From contig CAYHAL010000006.1 in assembly GCA_964354655.1 (NCBI GenBank), positions 1 through 51,040 of the forward strand: a stretch of DNA of 51,040 nt, in the 5' to 3' direction. Under the pieces are notes generated by a model, which saw only the letters and a program-made list of their open reading frames with translations, made no database searches and had not been told where the DNA came from. Each line of letters starts with the position of its first letter. Position 1 is the first letter of the stretch. Source of the stretch: an uncultured Dehalococcoidales bacterium (GTDB lineage Bacteria > Chloroflexota > Dehalococcoidia > Dehalococcoidales > E44-bin46). Position numbers and translations under genes: made by a program. This document shows, piece by piece, positions 1-6,859 of this stretch.

Positions 1-2563
1 TCGGGGTATGGCTGGTGCTCTGGACATTGGTTGGGTCAGGAGGTGGGGTGGTATCCTTAAAGAACTGCCAGCTCCACTCCCCTGATTCACCCTCAACATT
101 GGTGGCATCATCTGAGGCCTTGAAGTAGATAGTGTGGGTACCTTCAGCCAGAGCACCAAACCCGGGGATTGTCCAGTTATCGTTATCCCAGGAGGTACCC
201 GGGGCATCGGTAAACAGGACTGTCCAGCTGCCGGCGAAGGAGTCCATCTGATACCAGCCATCGTCTAAGGCCACGTTATCATCGAAGCCAAAGTTGGAGA
301 AGAAGGGGGCTGTATTGTAGTATTGCCCCTCGGCTTCGGCTATTGACTCCATTGTCGGTGGGGTGGTATCGATAAAGAAGGGGCCGAGGTGGACGGTAGA
401 CTGCCAGTTACCGGCGTTATCTACGCTCCTGATGTGGAAGTAGTGGCTGTTGCCGTCAGCCAGGGCTGAGCTGGTAGTAGTCTGGACCCCTTGCTCAATG
501 TCCTTGGTCGGGTCAGGGATGGTAGAGTTGCTGGTATCCCACAGGATAGAGTAGCCATCAAGACCACTGGTGGTATCAATAGCATCAGTCCAGGTAACAG
601 TAACGGTATTATCACTAGACCAAGTGCTTATGGTATGGCTGGTGCTCTGGACATTGGTTGGATCAGGAGGTGGGGTAGTATCCTTATAGAACTGCCAGCT
701 CCACTCCCCTGATTCACCCTCAACATTGGTGGCATCATCTGAGGCCTTGAAGTAGATAGTATGGCTGCCTTCAGCCAGGGCACCAAACCCGGGGATTGTC
801 CAGCCGTCGCTATCCCAGGAGGTACCTGTGGCATCGGTAAACAGGACTGTCCAGCTGCCGGCGACGGAGTCCATCTGGTACCAGCCATCGTCTAAGGCGA
901 CGTTATCATCGAAGCCGAAGTTGGAGAAGGATGGGGCTGTGTTGTAGTATTGCCCTTCAGGCTCGACTATTGTTTCCATGGTTGGCGGGACGCCTTCCAA
1001 TATCTGCACGGTGTAATTTGACATAGTCAGAGATGAGCTGTCAGGTGTCTTATTCAATATGATAAGAATTACCGTATCATAAGAGGACGTGCTGATCGTA
1101 ACCGAACCCGAAGCCGGGCTCCCACTCATCGGAATATCAGTCACCGTGGGCACACCACTTTGCATGCCGACTACCTTCGCTGCGTAGGTTATACTGGAAG
1201 AGGCACCACTTACCGTAATTCGTACTTGGTCTACCGTAGAATTGATTTGTACGTAATCGGCAGCATAATTTCCTACACCATCAGAAGGTGTGTAATTGAC
1301 GGTGCTTCCAGAGAAGCTTATGTTACCTTCAATGTAGAGCGAGGGGTAGGAAGAAGCTTCTTCATAGCAATAGGGGTTGTTGGTAGGACAGGTAGACATG
1401 ACATAATTAGCCACGGTGAAATTGCTAAATACAGCAGCAAGGCTAGTACCAACGGAGCTTAGCGCATCTTGGATTGCACTGAAAGAGAATAAACCGTAGT
1501 AGCTGTCGTAGTTGACACTATTTTCCCAGATACTTCTCACAGTGCTCTGGCCACCGTGGTGCTCGGAGATATAGCGGGCAAATATCCAGTCTCCATACCA
1601 GTGGAGGCCGGGAGTCTCGCTTGGCATAGCAACGTCGGGGTTATCAAAATAATCAGGCAGGTACTGAAGGTTGTCATTAATAGCGTCGTATACTTCGTCC
1701 TCCATCCAGGTAGCCGTGGCTTCCATCAACCATGTTTCCTCGAAATAATCATAGCCAAACTGGATGGCGTGGTTGAATTCATGGGCGGCTGTCACTTTGA
1801 TACAGTCGAGAGGGGTCAGGGGAAATCCGGAGTAGTCGTTCTCCAATGCTAAAAAGCCGTAGACAGCGTTAACTTCGGTTACGCCCGTTGAATTCTCATT
1901 GTCTCCTATCGGAGTCCCCTGGTCAGCGAAGTTCTCGGGCTGGGTGTAGCCATAGTACAGCATATCTTCAACATAGACATCATAGTCTGAATTCCCATCT
2001 ACAGACACATCGGAGGGAGGCTGAAGCCAGCCCATAGTGCTTAGCTCTGTAGTCCATACGTTTTCCAGCTCGCTACCCATACTCTCTATATAGTCGGGGA
2101 TGCCATTGGTGTTGCTGTCGGTAGTATTGACAGCATCACTGCCAGAAGTTGTATAGTGAATCTGGAAGTGTGTGGTACTATATGTGCTTTCAGATCCACT
2201 CAGGGTAGGCCTAAATAAGGTGCGCCCAAGGCGGCCCACAGGGTAGTTGGACAGCCTACTTCTCGTCCCAGCCTTCAGAATTTGCCAGTTTCTGGTCACC
2301 TCTAGAAGGATGGGAGTAGCGCATTTTGCTGGTGTTGTGCTGTGAAACTCGGTAGGTAGGTTCTCGGGATTAAATATAGATAATACCTTATATTCAATAG
2401 CGGTATCATAGTCGATTTGCCCGCCTCGGTACGCCTCCTCAATCAGCACAACACTAGGGGGCGCTTCACCATCTTGGTCTGATTGGGCAGTGCTTGAGAG
2501 AATGACTACCGGCAAGATTGAGAGTAGCGTAACAATGATTGCTAATCTTACTACAGACTTCAT
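1..2563 (-). CDS. Large secreted zinc metalloprotease (HExxH; MXAN_6640-like catalytic domain) with pro-domain and C-terminal beta-rich repeats; 3' end runs off the window
   Basis: Absent from the ORF track (no stop in window); translated by hand. ATG at 2563 after GAGGGGG; signal peptide MKSVVRLAIIVTLLSILPVVILSSTAQS; pro-region KCATP (C81, 2321-2323); HFQIHYT...DSNTNGIPDYIE; KVTAAHEFNHAIQFGY (HEFNH 1769-1783) followed by WLMEATATWMEDEVYD; in frame to base 2 (854 codons in window). Confidence 0.9.
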   Translation of the reverse strand, partial: MKSVVRLAIIVTLLSILPVVILSSTAQSDQDGEAPPSVVLIEEAYRGGQIDYDTAIEYKVLSIFNPENLPTEFHSTTPAKCATPILLEVTRNWQILKAGTRSRLSNYPVGRLGRTLFRPTLSGSESTYSTTHFQIHYTTSGSDAVNTTDSNTNGIPDYIESMGSELENVWTTELSTMGWLQPPSDVSVDGNSDYDVYVEDMLYYGYTQPENFADQGTPIGDNENSTGVTEVNAVYGFLALENDYSGFPLTPLDCIKVTAAHEFNHAIQFGYDYFEETWLMEATATWMEDEVYDAINDNLQYLPDYFDNPDVAMPSETPGLHWYGDWIFARYISEHHGGQSTVRSIWENSVNYDSYYGLFSFSAIQDALSSVGTSLAAVFSNFTVANYVMSTCPTNNPYCYEEASSYPSLYIEGNISFSGSTVNYTPSDGVGNYAADYVQINSTVDQVRITVSGASSSITYAAKVVGMQSGVPTVTDIPMSGSPASGSVTISTSSYDTVILIILNKTPDSSSLTMSNYTVQILEGVPPTMETIVEPEGQYYNTAPSFSNFGFDDNVALDDGWYQMDSVAGSWTVLFTDATGTSWDSDGWTIPGFGALAEGSHTIYFKASDDATNVEGESGEWSWQFYKDTTPPPDPTNVQSTSHTISTWSSDNTVTVTWTDAIDTTSGLDGYSILWDTSNSTIPDPTKDIEQGVQTTTSSALADGNSHYFHIRSVDNAGNWQSTVHLGPFFIDTTPPTMESIAEAEGQYYNTAPFFSNFGFDDNVALDDGWYQMDSFAGSWTVLFTDAPGTSWDNDNWTIPGFGALAEGTHTIYFKASDDATNVEGESGEWSWQFFKDTTPPPDPTNVQSTSHTP
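5..989. repeat. Intragenic tandem duplication, period 627 bp (209 aa), in the protease C-terminal region
   Basis: 5-362 is nearly identical to 632-989 (atggctggtgctctggacattggttgg at 8 and 635). It encodes PPTME.I.E.EGQYYNTAP.FSNFGFDDNVALDDGWYQMDS...KDTTPPPDPTNVQSTSH twice. The second unit is cut by the window edge. Confidence 0.95.
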
Positions 2564-2618
2564 TATATTCCCCCTCTTACCTGTGATACAGTCGAGATAC
2601 TGCACGGGTCTATGCGTT

Positions 2619-2963
2619 CTAGGTTAAATCTGTCTTCTCTGGTGGCTGAATATACTGGGAAATCTCCTCCTGGGTTGCGGGGCTAAGCTTATCCCAATTC
2701 CTCTGAATCTCTAGAATTATTGGAGTGGCATCCTTCATGGGCACATTGCTTTGATACTCCGGAGGTAGAGCCTCTGGGTTATAGATTGAATAGGTTAAGT
2801 AGAGTGCCCGTGTGTCAAAATCAATAATGTTCTGTTCATAGGCTCTATTAATAAGCTGTACAGTAGTTTGTGTGGTCTCTGCGCGTTGGCTACAGCTCAA
2901 CGCACACCATGCTGCCGGTAGAAGGATAGCCAAAATCACGGCATAGGTTACAATCTTTTTCAT
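2619..2963 (-). CDS. Small secreted/possible lipoprotein homologous to the pro-domain of the downstream metalloprotease
   Basis: 114 aa ORF with AAGGAG RBS; hydrophobic signal ending ALSC (lipobox-like, C24); residues 35-97 align without gaps to protease residues 38-100. Confidence 0.9.
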   Translation of the reverse strand: MKKIVTYAVILAILLPAAWCALSCSQRAETTQTTVQLINRAYEQNIIDFDTRALYLTYSIYNPEALPPEYQSNVPMKDATPIILEIQRNWDKLSPATQEEISQYIQPPEKTDLT

Positions 2964-3018
2964 TAAGTAAGGTTGTCACTCCTTTTGCTGTGCGGCTTGA
3001 CAAATTACTGTTCAAATC

Positions 3019-3068
3019 AAAAAGGGCACCAGTCACCACCGTCTTTCTCAGCGGTTCTAGTGCCCCTT
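3019..3068 (-). terminator. Intrinsic-terminator-like hairpin within the 5' leader of the small gene/protease operon
   Basis: Minus strand GGGCACTAG-AACCGCTGAGAAAGACGGTGGTGA-CTGGTGCCC-TTTTT: 9-bp stem, inner ACCG/CGGT pairing and a U-tract. Confidence 0.6.
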
Positions 3069-3124
3069 CTCATCCCCCAACTGGTAAATGAGCACAATAA
3101 TCTACTTTCGATTAAAACGACTAG

Positions 3125-3184
3125 TTCAAATATGAATCAAATGCTTCTGGCTGTGACTCTAACACTTCATATGTGAATTGTCAA
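3125..3184 (-). promoter_or_regulatory. Sigma70-type promoter with two TTCA-N4-TGAA operator-like palindromes
   Basis: TTGACA (3184-3179)-17 nt-TAGAGT (3161-3156) with TG extension; TTCAAATATGAA at 3125-3136 and TTCATATGTGAA at 3166-3177. Confidence 0.65.
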
Positions 3185-3325
3185 CCCCCTAAGATAAGAG
3201 GTTTTATTTGCATTTGGTTGAAAAAGGAGGTTAATAATGTTTCGTAATTTTAGGCATGGAACAGGGACAAATAGTGACAGATTGTGTCTATATGACCAGT
3301 CGTCAATAAGTGGTAGAATAGGGGC

Positions 3326-3871
3326 ATGCCAAAGGATACAGCCTATTTTTATATTGGTATTGGTATCAACATTATCTTTGGGATTCTTCAGGTGGTGGTG
3401 AACGAAATGCCATTACTTTTGACTATGATTGGTTTCATTATCGGAGCTATTTTCATAATAATAGGAATAATAGGCTGGAAAAAGTCACGAAGGAATAAGA
3501 CTATTTCCAATAATTATGATAAATCACTTGTTTTAACTCCTCATGCATGGGCAATTGGTCTTTCGGGTATGACAGGGTATCCCAAAAAACCTGAAAATGC
3601 AACATGGCTATGCTTTGAAGTATCTGTAAATGCTATTTCCAAGCCTATTGATACACTGGATTTAATAATTGATGGTAAATCTATCCCCGCTAATCAATGG
3701 CATGGCAAAATTGTAACTGCATTCAATGCCTATTTTAAGGTTACTGAATGGCAATGGAAGGGGGAAAACCAAATAGAATTGATAGCTCACATAGAAGGGA
3801 AATCCCATAGTTCGGGTAGAATACCCATAGATTTTAATGTAGAACCTTCGGGAAGAAGCCATCGAATTTAG
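3326..3871 (+). CDS. Hypothetical membrane protein (two N-terminal TM helices)
   Basis: 181 aa ORF; two hydrophobic segments then WKKSRRNK; visibly AT-rich. Confidence 0.75.
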   Translation: MPKDTAYFYIGIGINIIFGILQVVVNEMPLLLTMIGFIIGAIFIIIGIIGWKKSRRNKTISNNYDKSLVLTPHAWAIGLSGMTGYPKKPENATWLCFEVSVNAISKPIDTLDLIIDGKSIPANQWHGKIVTAFNAYFKVTEWQWKGENQIELIAHIEGKSHSSGRIPIDFNVEPSGRSHRI

Positions 3872-4039
3872 CAGGGGCATCTTGGAAATTGTCCATAATA
3901 GTGCCGTTTGTCCCGAATACGAATTGTAAAGTAAAAACAACCAAATGCAAACAGAACCAGATAAGAGGGCTATTCAACGCTGTTGACAGCGACAGCGGGG
4001 ATGTCATATCCTATTCGGCAACATGTCTGATGGAAGGAA

Positions 4040-4555
4040 ATGGTAGCAATGGCTAACAGAGTACGCAGGTTGATAGATGTAGAACACGGGGATGCTGTCC
4101 TAAGGGCCTTTATACTCTTTGTGCAAACCGCGCATGCAGTATTGAAGTATGGGGACGCTTATTTCTTTAGAAAAGCGCGTCTCTCGGTGATAAAGTTCAT
4201 CGTGTTGCAAGCGTTAGCCGTCAATGGCACGATGACACTCTCTGAAATAGCTGAGTGGACACACAAAGAGCGGCACAATATCACGACGCTAGTTGAGCGG
4301 CTCAAGAGAGATGGACTTGTCACTGCTGAGCATGATAGCAGAGACAGGAGATTTGTCCACGTGAGGCTGACGGATAAGGGATGGGAGGTTGTCAGCCAAT
4401 CTACACCGGTGGCTAAAGATATTGTGAAACAAGTGATGCTGTCAATTAATGAAGGTGATGCTGTCCTCCTCGAAAAGCCACTAAGAGTCTTGAGGCAAAA
4501 TGCACACCATGGCTTAAAACATTTCACCAAACGTTCTCAACATCATCCTGCGTAG
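4040..4555 (+). CDS. MarR family transcriptional regulator
   Basis: TMTLSEIAEW...ITTLVERLKRDGLV...DSRDRRFVHVRLTDKG winged-helix signature. Confidence 0.92.
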   Translation: MVAMANRVRRLIDVEHGDAVLRAFILFVQTAHAVLKYGDAYFFRKARLSVIKFIVLQALAVNGTMTLSEIAEWTHKERHNITTLVERLKRDGLVTAEHDSRDRRFVHVRLTDKGWEVVSQSTPVAKDIVKQVMLSINEGDAVLLEKPLRVLRQNAHHGLKHFTKRSQHHPA

Positions 4556-4674
4556 GGCAGTGATGTTGTCATCTACGGATTGAACAATTTCCCATGTGTG
4601 ATTAGTTTAGGTATCAAAACGTCATCTAGTGGAGACCCAACAAATTGAGTTATTGTTAATGGAATCGGGATATT

Positions 4675-5565
4675 CTATTCCTTTACCCCAATAGGCTGCC
4701 ATTGCCACGCCTCTCCCTTTCGCATGACGTGGCCCAGACCGGGGAAGGGGAAGTGAAACGCAAGCACCAGGGCATTCTCAGTTGCCGCTCTCTTTAGAAG
4801 CCTGCGTCTGGTGGCTACGACCTGCTGGGGAGAAAAATCGGTGCCTGCACACCATTCTGGTTGCTCCAGATGGATGGGGTGGAGTACCACATCAGAGACG
4901 CACAGCAATTGCTTACCTCTTGAGGAAATAGCCAGCGCCATTTGCCCCGGTGTATGGCCAGGCGCTGCGACAGCCTGAATACCGGGTACGATTTCGGTTT
5001 CATGGTCAACAAGTTCCAACTGGCCTTGAATCGGGGGGAGGTTCTTGCGTGCGAATCTCAGCTGCCGCTCCCTGACATGTTCATCAAGCTTTGTTTCCGC
5101 CTGTCCCGAGGTCCAGAACTCCCACTCGTCTTGCCACATTACATACGTGGCGTTGGGGAAAGCTGGCCTCCCCTTGTCGTCAGTGTTCCCACCGATGTGG
5201 TCTGGATGTCCATGGGTGATGATGACCGTGTCAATGTGCTCAGGCGCAATCCCTACAGCCTTCAGGTTCTGAACAAGCTTTCCTGTGCTTGGGGCAAGGC
5301 CATCGGCACCCGTATCCACCAGCACCTGATGCTTGCCTGTGTTAACTGCCAGGCAAATGTATGGGCTTGTCCACTCTAGCCACTGTTCTGGCTGTAGGTT
5401 GTGTTCGCGAAGCACTGGCTCAAGTCGTTCTTTTGGCGCATTAGCGAAAAGGAATATGGCCGGCGGTGGGAAGGTCGGAGGTGCGTAGGTGTGAGTGCCG
5501 TCACTAACAGCTACGCAGTGGAAATCCCCTAGCTCAAAGTGATAAATGTCAGCGTTCATAGCCAT
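4675..5565 (-). CDS. Metallo-beta-lactamase fold hydrolase (YtnP/methyl-parathion-hydrolase/lactonase-like)
   Basis: VLVDTG, THGHPDHIGG (HxHxDH), APGHTPG, SDVVLH, AFHFPFPG. Confidence 0.92.
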   Translation of the reverse strand: MAMNADIYHFELGDFHCVAVSDGTHTYAPPTFPPPAIFLFANAPKERLEPVLREHNLQPEQWLEWTSPYICLAVNTGKHQVLVDTGADGLAPSTGKLVQNLKAVGIAPEHIDTVIITHGHPDHIGGNTDDKGRPAFPNATYVMWQDEWEFWTSGQAETKLDEHVRERQLRFARKNLPPIQGQLELVDHETEIVPGIQAVAAPGHTPGQMALAISSRGKQLLCVSDVVLHPIHLEQPEWCAGTDFSPQQVVATRRRLLKRAATENALVLAFHFPFPGLGHVMRKGEAWQWQPIGVKE

Positions 5566-5776
5566 CCTCCTGTCTCATGCCCTAGGAACCTAGTTGAAGT
5601 ATATCACAGGATGGAGCTAGAGAGGAACAGGGTTGAACAAAACCGAGTTTTGTGCAACGATAATTCGGCGCATCATGCAGGGCGCTAGATTGAACTATAT
5701 ATTGAGATGTCGCAAGCGAGTATGCATAGGATAAAGCCCCTCTTGCACTTGGCCAAATGTATTCTGGCAACCAAAA

Positions 5777-6358
5777 TTACTGCGCTCGAATCACAGGTAT
5801 TGTTTCTTCTATACTTCTTCCTTTAGGTAAGGAATAGCCTTTCACATCGGCCCCTATCTTAGTATTAGATGAAGTCCTGATGTAAATAAACTGAGACACA
5901 TGTGGCCATAGCTCGTCAATGGCAAAGGTTGCATAGCTTTCGCCAAGCCCGCCTCTTATCAATTTCACGCTCGCGGGTTCACTGACACTCACGCCTACAA
6001 TACTATCGTCTGCTAGTATGAGTCGAATCTCAATCCTTACTCTGTCGGCGGCTTCACCGCGATTCTCGACTACAACCCATGGTCCGTCTTCCGCTACGAG
6101 TTGGTGGATTATTGTATCTGGATGGTTCTCAAACCATGCTTTGTACAGCATGGGGCCAGGTACAGAAAACAGAGCTCCAAAGAATGCCCCAAAGAGTGCT
6201 GAAACCAGGGCAACTATTACCCAATGTGGTATTCCCTTTATGGGTTGATGGCCGCTTTTTGGTCTTGTTTTCACTATATTGCACACCCACCGCGCAGAGG
6301 CACAACATCTTTTCTCATGTCTAGTTAGGAGTATAATACCAGTGAGGGAATGCGTCAA
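5777..6358 (-). CDS. Hypothetical single-pass membrane protein (true start probably ~30 codons downstream)
   Basis: Hydrophobic WVIVALVSALFGAFFGALFSV then a beta-rich segment (VVVENRGEAADRVRIEI). Confidence 0.6.
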   Translation of the reverse strand: MTHSLTGIILLTRHEKRCCASARWVCNIVKTRPKSGHQPIKGIPHWVIVALVSALFGAFFGALFSVPGPMLYKAWFENHPDTIIHQLVAEDGPWVVVENRGEAADRVRIEIRLILADDSIVGVSVSEPASVKLIRGGLGESYATFAIDELWPHVSQFIYIRTSSNTKIGADVKGYSLPKGRSIEETIPVIRAQ

Positions 6359-6546
6359 AGATACTGTTGAAGGGCTCTCCTATCTGAGTCTATGACACGA
6401 GAGTTCGCTTTCACCATCGGACACATCGGTGATAGGGAAGCATCAAGTCTGTGTAGTAACAAAAGTCAGTTATGTGCAATGGTAGTCCATTACATGGCCC
6501 AGAGCGCTACATTTTGTAACTGTCGAAAGTCAGGAACTTCTAGAGC

Positions 6547-6858
6547 CTAGTGGTTCTTGGATAAGAGAGCCTGCATCAGGCTCTTGAATAGTTTTCCGTG
6601 GTTAGGTACCCTTAAGTGAAGCAGTTCGTGAACTATCGCTTCAGCTCGGAATCTCGCCGGCTGTCGGAGTATCTCGATATTGAAAGTCAGTCTTCCGTTG
6701 CTGGAACAGCTGGCCCATTTGCTCTTCATATGACGAAGACGAGTTTCCTTAGGCTCAACGCCAATACGCCGGGCCCAGCTCATTACCTCAGCTTTGAAAA
6801 CTTGAGGCAAGACTGTTTCTTCCAAAGTCGGCGGTAAATTAGGCTGAGTTACTATCAT
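6547..6858 (-). CDS. YgjP/DUF45-like (M48-type HExxH) protein associated with type I R-M
   Basis: MKSKWASCS, IVHELLHLRVPNHGKLF; starts 1 bp after the hsdR stop. Confidence 0.88.
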   Translation of the reverse strand: MIVTQPNLPPTLEETVLPQVFKAEVMSWARRIGVEPKETRLRHMKSKWASCSSNGRLTFNIEILRQPARFRAEAIVHELLHLRVPNHGKLFKSLMQALLSKNH

Positions 6859-6859
6859 A

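Noticed and set aside
5-989. Near-identical repeat pair as a possible DGR template/variable repeat
   Set aside because: Both copies are in frame within one gene, differences are not confined to adenines, and no reverse transcriptase is in the window.
421-1852. Short ORFs in the track (421-615, 491-712, 628-888, 1160-1462, 1556-1852)
   Set aside because: Shadow frames of the long minus-strand protease gene starting at 2563.
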